From Nanobdellati archaeon (GTDB lineage Archaea; EX4484-52; GLR71), in contig JAHYJO010000013.1 in NCBI GenBank assembly GCA_019429125.1, positions 1-46,275 of the forward strand: 46,275 bases of DNA, in the 5' to 3' direction. Position 1 is the stretch's first letter. Every line of letters begins with the position of its first letter. A program made the position numbers and the translations under genes. The notes under the pieces are model-generated. The model saw only the letters and a program-made list of their open reading frames with translations. It ran no database searches and had not been told where the DNA came from. Shown one piece after another: positions 28,050 through 37,960 of the stretch.

Positions 28050-28163
28050 ATATTTGCATTTGCTACAACCTGATTATCCCAAAACTTTATAAAAACAATA
28101 TGTCAATAATTATCATAAATCTTATGATTTTGTTAGAGTTACGTATAAAAACGGTGAAAAAAT

Positions 28164-28445
28164 ATGAAACGATCAAGAGGATTCAGAAGCGGGACACGAC
28201 GTCTATTATATATTGGAAGATCAGTTAGAAGGACTATAACTAAAACACTTAGAACTTTTGAAATCGGTGAGAAAGTATTGATTAAACATGATGCATCAGT
28301 CCAGAGCGGTATGCCACATCCAAAATTTTATGGACGTGTAGGTAATGTTGTTGAAAAACGAGGACTTTCATATCGTGTTGCTATAAAAGATGGTAACAAA
28401 GATAAGAGTCTTATTGCACGACCTGAACATATAAGGAAATTGTGA
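28164..28445 (+). CDS. rpl21e: 50S ribosomal protein L21e
   Basis: SRGFRSGTR, GMPHPKFYGRVG and RPEHI motifs. Confidence 0.97.
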   Translation: MKRSRGFRSGTRRLLYIGRSVRRTITKTLRTFEIGEKVLIKHDASVQSGMPHPKFYGRVGNVVEKRGLSYRVAIKDGNKDKSLIARPEHIRKL

Positions 28446-28943
28446 GTGGTGATTGAAATGTTAAAGACACTTTCAGAGACTCCTGTAACATTTGCAGAAG
28501 CAAAAAGTATGCTTGAAGCAAAAGAAATAATGTTGCATGAAAATGACAAAGAATTAGGTCATGAACAAAGGATTACTCTTGAATATTTAAGGACAATTGC
28601 TGTACTTGATATAAATGTTGCAAAAGAGACATCAAAAGAACTTATTGAAGCAGTACCTATACTTAAAGATCATCAGGTAATGATGCTTGTAAATCTTCTT
28701 CCTGATTGTGCTGATGATGTTGAATTAATATTTGCAAAAGAGCGAATAAAACTAGATATAGACCAGACTAAAAAAATTGTAGACATAATAGTGAAAGTAA
28801 AACCTAAAAAAGTTGTCAAGGCAGTTGTTAAAGAAGAAAAGATAAAGTCTGTGGAGACAAAAACTGAAGAACCTTCTGAAGATAAGTCTGAAAAAGTTGC
28901 AGCTAAAAAAACAAAAAAAGAATCAAAAGAGAAAGGTCTATAA
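28446..28943 (+). CDS. rpo4: RNA polymerase subunit Rpo4 (RpoF) with K/E-rich C-terminal tail
   Basis: PVTFAEAK..ELGHEQRITLEYL..VNLLP..IFAKER; conserved position after rpl21e. Confidence 0.88.
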   Translation: MVIEMLKTLSETPVTFAEAKSMLEAKEIMLHENDKELGHEQRITLEYLRTIAVLDINVAKETSKELIEAVPILKDHQVMMLVNLLPDCADDVELIFAKERIKLDIDQTKKIVDIIVKVKPKKVVKAVVKEEKIKSVETKTEEPSEDKSEKVAAKKTKKESKEKGL

Positions 28944-28991
28944 ATAGATAACTGATTTAATTAATTAGATTAGATATTAAGGTGCAATATT

Positions 28992-29555
28992 ATGAAAGAT
29001 GAATATGGAATTGTATTGGATTTTCTTCATAGTGGGCACTCTGTAGATAGGAGAGCCACACCAATTGCACAAGTTATAGGCGATGCTAATTTTAATCTAT
29101 TAGAGGTTGAGCTTAAGGATGGTCATACTATTAAGCCTCTTGAAAGTGTGTATATAGGTACAGAAAAACGTGATATAGTCAAATCTATAAAGAAAAAGCT
29201 TATATATAATGACCTTACTGGAAACGCTCAAAATGAGATTGAAGATGCACTAAATATAATTATTGATCAAAAACAGAGCAGATTCATTGAATTTTTCAAT
29301 AAATCAGGACCATTGACCACAAGGCAACATCAGCTTGAGCTTTTGCCTGGGATTGGTAAGAAACATATGTGGGAAATACTTGATGAACGAAAAAAAGGAC
29401 CTTTCACTTCGTTTGAGGATATAAAGACTCGAGTCAAACTTCTTCCAAATCCAAAAAAATCAGTTGTAAAAAGGATAATTGAGGAACTTGAAGGTGATGC
29501 TAAATGGTATCTTTTCACAACACCACCTAAAGGTTACGGCGAAGATGAGTATTGA
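28992..29555 (+). CDS. DUF655 family nucleic-acid-binding protein (OB fold plus helix-hairpin-helix)
   Basis: HQLELLPGIGKK, PFTSFEDI and KRIIEEL motifs; canonical position after rpo4. Confidence 0.93.
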   Translation: MKDEYGIVLDFLHSGHSVDRRATPIAQVIGDANFNLLEVELKDGHTIKPLESVYIGTEKRDIVKSIKKKLIYNDLTGNAQNEIEDALNIIIDQKQSRFIEFFNKSGPLTTRQHQLELLPGIGKKHMWEILDERKKGPFTSFEDIKTRVKLLPNPKKSVVKRIIEELEGDAKWYLFTTPPKGYGEDEY

Positions 29556-29766
29556 TTTTTTTGTTAATTTTTATTCTTATTTATTTTTTTGGTATTATAT
29601 ATAGATTCAATCATTGATTTTTATAAAAATCTGGTTACTTCTGACAGTTATTATGATTGCGATAATCTTAAAGGCTATCTGATTGAACTTAACTAAAAAT
29701 TTTATTGTAAATATCTACACAATAACATATATATCTTTTTGTTACCAATATATTTTTGGTGATGTT

Positions 29767-30105
29767 ATGAATGAAAATATTCAGCTTGTGGATTTAGCAA
29801 AGATTGGGGACGAACTTGATACAGAATTTATTAAAGATGAAATATTAAAACATTTTGAAAAAATACAAAAAATTGATGACCGAACAAAACTTAAAGTATA
29901 TTTCAAGAGACTTCATGAAACTGTTACGGGTAGTGCAAAATATGAAGTTAATGTCACTGTTGATACACCTAAAAAGTCATTTAAATCTGGAAATATTGAG
30001 TTTTCGGTAATTGATGCAGTTACAAATGCAATGGAATCTGCTGAAAAAGAGACACGGAAATTTTTTGATAAGAAAAATTCAGAAAGGATAAATAAAACAA
30101 GATAA
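29767..30105 (+). CDS. HPF/RaiA-like (ribosome hibernation factor fold) protein
   Basis: Predicted beta-alpha-beta-beta-beta-alpha pattern; GGTGAT SD before ATG 29767; 112 aa. Confidence 0.6.
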   Translation: MNENIQLVDLAKIGDELDTEFIKDEILKHFEKIQKIDDRTKLKVYFKRLHETVTGSAKYEVNVTVDTPKKSFKSGNIEFSVIDAVTNAMESAEKETRKFFDKKNSERINKTR

Positions 30106-30143
30106 TATTCAAACCACAACCTACTATTTTTTTTCTTTTTTAA

Positions 30144-30327
30144 CCCAACTTTGACATTTCGGATCTTTTTTGTTTTTTAGTGTTTTTTTAATACTTGAAT
30201 TTGACAGTTGGGCTAAAATTTACAAAAATTATGAAAGAAATTGCTCAAAATTGACTTATGTCAAATAGGTTTTCAGAATGAAATAGAGATTAAACTGTCA
30301 AACTTCGGTTAAACAGTCAAACTTAGG
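30144..30327. mobile_element. 184-bp MITE (family B) with duplicated right end
   Basis: CCCAACTTTGACA..TGTCAAACTTCGG TTAAACAGTCAAACTTAGG; TTTTAA at 30138-30143 and 30328-30333. Confidence 0.8.
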
Positions 30328-30329
30328 TT

Positions 30330-31130
30330 TTAACTGAAAAGATGTTTTAGGATATCTGAAAGTTTTTCAAATTTCTGCTTGACTAAAGAATTGTGGGTTT
30401 TTAGATTTTGTGTTCTTTTTTCTACTTCATCAATTTTTGCTGCTATATCTTCAGGATGTGCCATCTTAATCGATCTTGATATCCTTTTTAAAATCTCAAA
30501 GTCACGTTTTAATTCAGTCTTTGATTTTTCAATATTATATATTTTGTCTTTGCTTTTTGTTATTTCTGCTACTTTTGTGTCAACAATTGTCTTTATCTTA
30601 TCGGACTCTATCTTTATTTTCTTTTCTCTACCTTCAATCATATCTATTTGTTTTTCAAGTGTTGACTCTTCACTTTTTAGTTTTTTAACAAGAGTTACCA
30701 GTTCATCTTTTTTATGGTCATAATTTTTTAGGTCTTTATTGAACAATTCTATGTGATTTATATCTGAATTCAGTACATGCTCAAATGAACGTATGTGACC
30801 TTTTGAAACATTAAGCATTTTTTCTTCAGTATCAAGATCAGATTCAACAGATTCAATTGCATTATCTACATCTCTTTTGAGATCTTCAATTTTTCCTGTC
30901 TTGACTTTTAGATTCTTTTTTGTTGATTTGAATACAAGTTCTCCTTGACTATTATAACTTGTAGTTATCATTTTTGATTCTGAAAGTGCGTTTGCCCAAG
31001 ATTCTATTATTGAAGGTTTTATGTTTAGTTCTCTGGAGGCTTCACCAAGTGTTGTCTGACCTTCAGAACTTATAACTTCAAGAAGTTTGTCTATGCCTGT
31101 TAGTAATATTGTGTCTTTCCAATCTTCCAT
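30330..31130 (-). CDS. N-terminal winged-HTH-like domain plus long coiled coil
   Basis: TGIDKLL..EASRELNI..IESWANAL followed by heptad repeats; divergent from the pilin operon. Confidence 0.75.
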   Translation of the reverse strand: MEDWKDTILLTGIDKLLEVISSEGQTTLGEASRELNIKPSIIESWANALSESKMITTSYNSQGELVFKSTKKNLKVKTGKIEDLKRDVDNAIESVESDLDTEEKMLNVSKGHIRSFEHVLNSDINHIELFNKDLKNYDHKKDELVTLVKKLKSEESTLEKQIDMIEGREKKIKIESDKIKTIVDTKVAEITKSKDKIYNIEKSKTELKRDFEILKRISRSIKMAHPEDIAAKIDEVEKRTQNLKTHNSLVKQKFEKLSDILKHLFS

Positions 31131-31236
31131 CTGTTACCACTTCTTGATATTTGTATTGAGGGTGTTAATATATCTTTTTGATATTGTGGCTGTTAAACTA
31201 CACTTATTTATAGGACTAAACACTAATTTAAATGAT

Positions 31237-31659
31237 ATGGAAAGGCGCGGACAATCTGGTCTGGAATATATGATGATTGTCATCATCGCAATGCTTCTTA
31301 TGACTCCGGCAATACAGAAAGGTACTACACTCTTATCAGATATGAAAATGGAAATTAATGTCATGCAAGCAAAAAATACTATTAATAGTATCAGTGATGC
31401 TGCCGAGTCTGTATTTGCGCAAGGTGAACCTGCAAAAATAACAATTCGTTCAAAGTTCCCTGAAAATATCAATCAATCTGTGGTAGGGCAGAGAGAAGTC
31501 ATGATACGCCTTAATTCCTATGGAGGTATGACGGACATTGTCAATCATTTCGAATTTAATGTTACGGGTACACTTCCACAACACAATGGATATTATGATA
31601 TAACAATACAGGCTATAAAGATATTAGGAGTCACCTGGGTAAACATAACAGGCGAATAG
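31237..31659 (+). CDS. Pilin-like protein with class III signal peptide
   Basis: MERRG|QSGLEYMMIVIIAMLL (Q+1, E+5); ATG 31237 preferred over 31087. Confidence 0.88.
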   Translation: MERRGQSGLEYMMIVIIAMLLMTPAIQKGTTLLSDMKMEINVMQAKNTINSISDAAESVFAQGEPAKITIRSKFPENINQSVVGQREVMIRLNSYGGMTDIVNHFEFNVTGTLPQHNGYYDITIQAIKILGVTWVNITGE

Positions 31660-31673
31660 TTCTTTTTTAATAT

Positions 31674-34214
31674 ATGAGGATTGATGAAAATATGGTCTAT
31701 TTTGGAAAAAAAGGTCAAAGTGGGCTGGAGTTTATGATGCTTTCTATTTTTCTACTTGTCCTTTTTACTTCAAGTTACTCAATTATAAATAAGAATGGTG
31801 TGGATGTTCTCGATTATAAGAGAAATTACCTTGCCACATCTATTTCTGAAAAGATTGCTTATGAGACAAATATGGCCGTGACTTCAGGCTCTGGATACCT
31901 TAAGATGTTTTTTATACCTTATGATATTTATGGATATGATTACAACATAACATTTTCAAGAAGATCAGTATTTGTAGATTGGGTGGGTAATTCTCAGGCG
32001 TCACATATCGTAACAAGTAATTTTTCAGGTATGTTTCTTAAAGGGTATAATTACATTGAAAATGATGATGGTGTCATATCTCTCAATCCTGCATATACAC
32101 AGTCACCGTCTATAATTATGTCTTACATACCAAAATATCCAAGACCTGAAGATGATGTAATTATCCAGATATCTGCTGATGATGTGTATAATGGTAATAA
32201 GAACATTTATGGGTGCTATCTTTCTGATGACGAAGTGATATGGACGGATTTGGCAGCTATTGACGGCACATATAATGCGCCTATTGAAAGTGCAAGCATA
32301 AATTTAGGTAATATGTCAAGTTCAACATATACATATTATGCGAGATGCAATGACACTGACGGATTTATGAGTATGGATGAGGTTACATTTAGGGTATCCG
32401 CTTCTGGGTCTGGGTGGTGGAACAGTGATTGGAAATATAGAATTCCAATCAATATCACAGTTGATGATTACCAAAGATATAATTATCCTGTTAGATTGCG
32501 TATAAATTTCACTCAACAGCTTATCAATCTTGGTGACGGTTTTAGTTTTGACAATAATTCTATTCGGATTGTTGAATGGGATAGTGGTTTAGAGGTCAAT
32601 ATAGAGTCTCCTGTTAACTATAAGGAAATAATTAAGATTGACAAGTATTATCCTGACCTTTGGGACATGACAATTGATACTGGCACTACGCGGGTTGATT
32701 TCACAAACGGTGTTAACCAGACAGGAAATACATTTGGTGTTACAGGGGATGATGATGGCTGGGACTGGACAGATTCAGCAATTCTAGCGCCTTATGGACA
32801 TAATGATGCTCAAGCGGATTATTTTGCGTATTTTGGTGACCCTGATGGTTACTCTGACTTTGATACGGATGATGGTTCAGGGGCATTAAAACCTGATCTT
32901 CCTTCAGATTCAAAATATCTTGCAGTCATAATAGGTAACAGGTTAGATGATGTTAATACGGGTGATGATATACTTGACAGCGGTGCCTGGGGAACTAAAT
33001 TTTATATTGATGCTGAAATGTATTCTGCAATTGAGGCGGGAGGTAAGGCATATTTTTCTTTTGACTATTATGCTGATGACCTTGATGATGATCTTGAAGA
33101 GGGCGCATGGATAAAGGCACGGTTCGGCGATTCTACTGTGATGAATTATCTTGGTTCAGACCTTGACACTGGACATCCATATTCGGATAATACTTTAGAA
33201 ATATGGGCATCTGTAGATAACCCAAACAATGGGTGGGATGACCTTGTGGCTGGTGTGTTTAAGGAGGATGTTAGCAGATATATTACTAGTGCTGGATGGT
33301 ATTATCTTGACTTCGGGGGGAAGGTGGACTGGATGGATTCTGATTCGAACGGGCATAGTACTTCTGAAGGCCTGGGTGCATATTTTGATAATGTTGAACT
33401 TATGATTAAAAAAGAGACATCAACTTATAATAATGCACAAAATGCAACTCTTGATGTATATTTTAAGCTTGAAGGAACCACAGAAGTCGGTGAGATACGT
33501 AATTATTATTTATATTTCGGGTCAGATAATGTGTCTAAACCTGCATCTATTATCACAATGGATTATGATGTTGAATATTTCCATATAGGTTATTATTATA
33601 CTAATGCTAGCAAGATGGAAACTGCTCTTGATGCACTCATGACTGACAGGTGGATTACTTCGTGGATACGTACAAATACTGGAACTGTCTCACCTAACAT
33701 AAAAGTATCCACCATTGATCCTGATGTAAATGTTGTCATATTGGGCCAGTCTGACAGCCCTACATTCACTCTCAGCTCATGGATACAAAAAAATAATACA
33801 CTTATCATATTTTCTCCGAGCAAAGACCTAACTACTGACTTGCCCATATCAGGATATAGCTCAAGCAATCATGAGAAATATGGTGAACTTGCGACAACTG
33901 CATATACAGAGCATATAGAGACTGAATTAAGTAGGAACTCTATGAACTATGGATATCTCAATCTGGGATCACCAGGAATACATACTCAATCTTGCGTTGA
34001 AGCTGATGAGGGAGACAATCAAGTGATGATTAGCTATTGTGATTATTATGGTGGTGCTATAAGCCTCAATAATTATCCATCAACTTCATCAGAGACAAGT
34101 GCATATCCTAGTGCGTCTTCGGATATACTTGAACGATATATATGGAAACTTCTTTTTGAGAGGACTAACCAGCCTGCTATTTCTTTTGGGATGGTAGAAG
34201 AATATATAGGGTGA
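31674..34214 (+). CDS. Large pilin-like adhesin: class III signal, pilin domain, Ig domain, DUF2341-like domain carrying an inserted acidic domain
   Basis: KKG|QSGLEFMML; WWNSDWKYRIPINIT..RNYYLYFG. Confidence 0.85.
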   Translation: MRIDENMVYFGKKGQSGLEFMMLSIFLLVLFTSSYSIINKNGVDVLDYKRNYLATSISEKIAYETNMAVTSGSGYLKMFFIPYDIYGYDYNITFSRRSVFVDWVGNSQASHIVTSNFSGMFLKGYNYIENDDGVISLNPAYTQSPSIIMSYIPKYPRPEDDVIIQISADDVYNGNKNIYGCYLSDDEVIWTDLAAIDGTYNAPIESASINLGNMSSSTYTYYARCNDTDGFMSMDEVTFRVSASGSGWWNSDWKYRIPINITVDDYQRYNYPVRLRINFTQQLINLGDGFSFDNNSIRIVEWDSGLEVNIESPVNYKEIIKIDKYYPDLWDMTIDTGTTRVDFTNGVNQTGNTFGVTGDDDGWDWTDSAILAPYGHNDAQADYFAYFGDPDGYSDFDTDDGSGALKPDLPSDSKYLAVIIGNRLDDVNTGDDILDSGAWGTKFYIDAEMYSAIEAGGKAYFSFDYYADDLDDDLEEGAWIKARFGDSTVMNYLGSDLDTGHPYSDNTLEIWASVDNPNNGWDDLVAGVFKEDVSRYITSAGWYYLDFGGKVDWMDSDSNGHSTSEGLGAYFDNVELMIKKETSTYNNAQNATLDVYFKLEGTTEVGEIRNYYLYFGSDNVSKPASIITMDYDVEYFHIGYYYTNASKMETALDALMTDRWITSWIRTNTGTVSPNIKVSTIDPDVNVVILGQSDSPTFTLSSWIQKNNTLIIFSPSKDLTTDLPISGYSSSNHEKYGELATTAYTEHIETELSRNSMNYGYLNLGSPGIHTQSCVEADEGDNQVMISYCDYYGGAISLNNYPSTSSETSAYPSASSDILERYIWKLLFERTNQPAISFGMVEEYIG

Positions 34215-34221
34215 ATTATGT

Positions 34222-34722
34222 ATGATAAGATGGACTAAAAGAAAAGGGCAGACATTTACACCTGACTTTTTTGTGAGTGCAATCATATTCATATTTATAT
34301 TAAATGTAAGTTATCTAGCATGGAATAGTGCACAAGACATAGGTTCTGATTTTGAGACGGACTATATGCAGAAAAAAGTATTTTATATAACTGATATGAT
34401 TGCAAGGACACCTGGATATCCTTACGGGTGGAATAGCACAACTGTGGAACTTATAGGACTTTCAGACAGTTCCAATATGATTAATTACAGTAAATTTCTT
34501 GAACTTCAAAATGTCAGCTATGGTGGTATGACATTTTTATGGGGGATTAGTGACTATGACTTTAATCTTACAATCTCTGGCGAAACTACATATGAGACCA
34601 TAGGTAAATCAATCGATAATAATGCACGATATATAACACCTATTGAACGGGTTGTGCTTATTGATTATGGTAATGGGACAATAGATAAGGGATATTTGAA
34701 ATATACATTGTGGAAAATATGA
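34222..34722 (+). CDS. Pilin-like protein with class III signal peptide
   Basis: KRKG|QTFTPDFFVSAIIF; TPGYPYGW..IGL motif. Confidence 0.85.
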   Translation: MIRWTKRKGQTFTPDFFVSAIIFIFILNVSYLAWNSAQDIGSDFETDYMQKKVFYITDMIARTPGYPYGWNSTTVELIGLSDSSNMINYSKFLELQNVSYGGMTFLWGISDYDFNLTISGETTYETIGKSIDNNARYITPIERVVLIDYGNGTIDKGYLKYTLWKI

Positions 34723-36635
34723 ATATTATGACAAAACGTACAGGACTTATATTTACATTGGATGCGTTGATAGCTCTTATCTTAGTCATGGGGGTATATG
34801 TTTTTGTTATGGATTATAATTCTAGTCCATTGCAGCAGAAGACTAATTATCAGCAGTTACATTTTACTGCTGTAGATGGGATGAACATATTTTCAAAGAC
34901 TGTGTTTGATAATATAAATCAGACCCTGAGGGAACATATCTTGGAGAATACTGAAGTGGGTTCTTACGATATCAACAAGACTTTGCCAGATATCATAGGA
35001 AAACTGTGGGCATATAATGATACTGGTTATGCATCACTTATAGTTGAACAGTTCTTTGAAAATATAATACCTGCGCATTATGGTTATTCTGTCAAGATAA
35101 AAGGCGTTGTAGATGATACTTTGATATATGCATCATCTGGTTTACGTCCAGATATTGAGGTAAGCAAATTTTCAGTATCAAGCTATAGGATAATTTCTGG
35201 GTATGAGGAAGATATACCTTCTGAAAGTTTTGTGGCTTCTGCCTGGGCTGTTGAAGCACGAAAAAATTCAACTAAGATTTTCCCTTTCAATCTTGGGGGG
35301 GGTGGTTGGGGCGGTGAAAATTTTACAGTTGATAAATATTTCACGTTGCCTCAAAATACAACCATTAGTGAGGCTACATTTGTTTTTTCATTTCATTATT
35401 ACCCTGACATTGAGGAAATATTGGTCAATGGTGAATCTTTTGATGAAAGTGATATCAATTGGATATATTATGAGTATGATTCTGGGGCAGGTTACGGTGC
35501 TTACGGTACAATAAACTCAACAAGACTCAAAGATAGCATTTCTGAAGAGGACAATCATATAAGGCTTATATTAAAAAATGGAGAATATAATTCGCATGTG
35601 CACCCTGGTATGTATCTTAAGGTACAGTATCAGTCTGATCTGCTTTATGAACCAATTCAAAAAAGATTTAGTTTGGATAATATGGTGGGGGCTGCTGCAG
35701 CATGGCAAGTACAGGCGTTCCATATACCAAAAGATGCTAATATAACAAATGCTACCTTACATATTGAAGGCCATCATGTAGACAAGAAAATCAGCATATG
35801 GGTGAATGATAATGAGATATATTCTGTTGTAAATCCATCTTCATCAAATGTCAATCTTAATTTTACGTTTTCAGAGATAATTAATGATATACATGCAACC
35901 TCTTCCAGTGGTTCATATTACAGTACTGGTGAGACTAATACGCTTGCAGTATATCTTGATATCAATCCAATGGGTAATCAGCCAGTTACGGGGGGTTCAG
36001 GGGAATGTGAGATATCAAATGAGTCGTATATTGAATTGGAATATACTGTTACTGGTGGGATACTTAGATACGGTATGATAGAAGTTACAGGTGTTGAGGA
36101 ATTCAATAATGGTGGACCTGAACTTATCAAAAAATCTAATTTTACTCTGCCTGATCGTGATATAACAAAAGCGTTTATTCATCTTGCACAATATTACAGT
36201 TGGATGGTTGCAATTGCTGTATGGAACGAAGATGAAGATGAACCCTCATGGCGAGGTAATGAGTGGGAAGAGTATCAGATATTTAAGTCACCAACCGGTC
36301 GTGCGGTGCCAACAGATATCTATGTACCACTTGACAGGCTGAATAAGGGAGAAGTCAACTGGATAAAGGTGCGTGATGGTTTTTTGGGTGGGAGTAGCGA
36401 CAATACTATACTTCCTGAATCAACTTTTGAGTTCAGCATACTTGTGCCCTCTATGGTTGGTTACGGTGATAATTTTCCTACTCGTGAAGATGCAATAACT
36501 GATGCAAACTCACGGCTTGATGACATATTAGGTGAATATGCTGAAGCTACAGCTATTGATAATGAAGCTATATCTATGTCGCAGGTACCTTGGATGTGGG
36601 GACCTGTATATCTTACTTTTGAGATATGGAAATAG
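34710..36635 (+). CDS. Large pilin-like protein with class III signal peptide (start may be 34719 or 34728)
   Basis: KRTG|LIFTLDALIAL; beta-rich body; VPWMWGP..IWK ending. Confidence 0.85.
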   Translation: MENMNIMTKRTGLIFTLDALIALILVMGVYVFVMDYNSSPLQQKTNYQQLHFTAVDGMNIFSKTVFDNINQTLREHILENTEVGSYDINKTLPDIIGKLWAYNDTGYASLIVEQFFENIIPAHYGYSVKIKGVVDDTLIYASSGLRPDIEVSKFSVSSYRIISGYEEDIPSESFVASAWAVEARKNSTKIFPFNLGGGGWGGENFTVDKYFTLPQNTTISEATFVFSFHYYPDIEEILVNGESFDESDINWIYYEYDSGAGYGAYGTINSTRLKDSISEEDNHIRLILKNGEYNSHVHPGMYLKVQYQSDLLYEPIQKRFSLDNMVGAAAAWQVQAFHIPKDANITNATLHIEGHHVDKKISIWVNDNEIYSVVNPSSSNVNLNFTFSEIINDIHATSSSGSYYSTGETNTLAVYLDINPMGNQPVTGGSGECEISNESYIELEYTVTGGILRYGMIEVTGVEEFNNGGPELIKKSNFTLPDRDITKAFIHLAQYYSWMVAIAVWNEDEDEPSWRGNEWEEYQIFKSPTGRAVPTDIYVPLDRLNKGEVNWIKVRDGFLGGSSDNTILPESTFEFSILVPSMVGYGDNFPTREDAITDANSRLDDILGEYAEATAIDNEAISMSQVPWMWGPVYLTFEIWK

Positions 36636-36646
36636 GATTTGATGAT

Positions 36647-37933
36647 ATGATTGAAATATTTATTACACGACGGAAAGGTTTTGTCTATTCATTATTTTCA
36701 GTACTTGTAATTGTGACTATCTTAGGTATGATTTCAATAAGCTCAAACAGTGACATGAACCGTGATCTTAAGATTAACATTGATGAAAAATTACGCACTG
36801 ATGAACTGTTCTATTTCAAAGAAGGGGCAAAACAGGATTTTAGCCGCAGTTCATACATTTCAGGGAAAAGAGCAGTTATTGCTTTGGTTGATAAAATATT
36901 GCGTGATGGTAATTATACAACTGGCTATTCTGATGATATTATCGAAGCTTTTTCTTTGAATGGCAATTATGGTAATATGACATCTACAATCATGGTAAAT
37001 TCTACAATTGTTGACTGGTCGGAAAGCATAAGTTATCTTGGTCAGTTGCATCGGATTTCAGTATCAATTGATGTGATAAATACGACTGTTGAATATAATG
37101 ATGCGTATTCCTTGAAAATGTCAAATTATGTCAATATCTCTGTGCTTGGAGACATTTTTGGTATACTGTTCAAAGATAAGATATATTCTGAAAATAAGAT
37201 TGGGATTGAAGCTGTTGAAGACCCGCTCATATCTATTGAAAGTTATGGGTATCTTAGGCAGATTGTAAATAGATGCAATGATACTCTTTATCCATATCAT
37301 GCGCAAAAAATATCTGATACTGGTATATTTAGTTATTCTGCTGTTGATAACTGGACAAGCGGGAGATTGAGTTTTGATATTGATGATCCTGACCCTGCTC
37401 TTAAGATACTTGTAATATCTGACATCCCTGCTGGACCTAACAATGCAGATGATTTTTTGGGAGTGGTAAGCGAGAATGTATCTGATGACGCGACAGGTAT
37501 TGATAATTATATATTTGGCGCAACTTCAGTTATTTTTAATATGTCTGGGCTTGTTTTTGAACCAATAATTGTAATGACTGATGATGAAGTTTGGGCAAGC
37601 TATATCTATGATGAGATAAATGTGTCTTGCTATTTTATAGATTCTTTAGGTCCATCTTTTTTAGACCGTGTTGAAGGGAATCTTGTAACTACTGAAAGAT
37701 ATAATATGACAGATGAGACAGTTGGTATAGCATCATTTATTACAGTCACTGAACTTCCGGAAGAGCTTCAGAATACATATTCTTCTGTTGATTTTATGTA
37801 TTTTAGTGAGGTTTCTGGGAAAAAAATTAAAGGTGTCACAGAAAGTAAGGCAGGGACTGATCTTGTCTTAGGGTTTCTTTTAGATGATGAACATGTATCT
37901 TTGTGGGGGCTTTCTGGGTTAGATTATTATTAA
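36647..37933 (+). CDS. Pilin-like protein with class III signal peptide
   Basis: RRKG|FVYSLFSVL; IEAVEDPL and GPSFLDRVEG motifs; ATG 36647 preferred. Confidence 0.83.
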   Translation: MIEIFITRRKGFVYSLFSVLVIVTILGMISISSNSDMNRDLKINIDEKLRTDELFYFKEGAKQDFSRSSYISGKRAVIALVDKILRDGNYTTGYSDDIIEAFSLNGNYGNMTSTIMVNSTIVDWSESISYLGQLHRISVSIDVINTTVEYNDAYSLKMSNYVNISVLGDIFGILFKDKIYSENKIGIEAVEDPLISIESYGYLRQIVNRCNDTLYPYHAQKISDTGIFSYSAVDNWTSGRLSFDIDDPDPALKILVISDIPAGPNNADDFLGVVSENVSDDATGIDNYIFGATSVIFNMSGLVFEPIIVMTDDEVWASYIYDEINVSCYFIDSLGPSFLDRVEGNLVTTERYNMTDETVGIASFITVTELPEELQNTYSSVDFMYFSEVSGKKIKGVTESKAGTDLVLGFLLDDEHVSLWGLSGLDYY

Positions 37934-37960
37934 TCTAACAATTATATATTATCCTTGTTC

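Noticed and set aside
32622-33413. Intein in the large pilin
   Set aside because: No N-terminal Cys/Ser block, no His-Asn end, no LAGLIDADG motifs.
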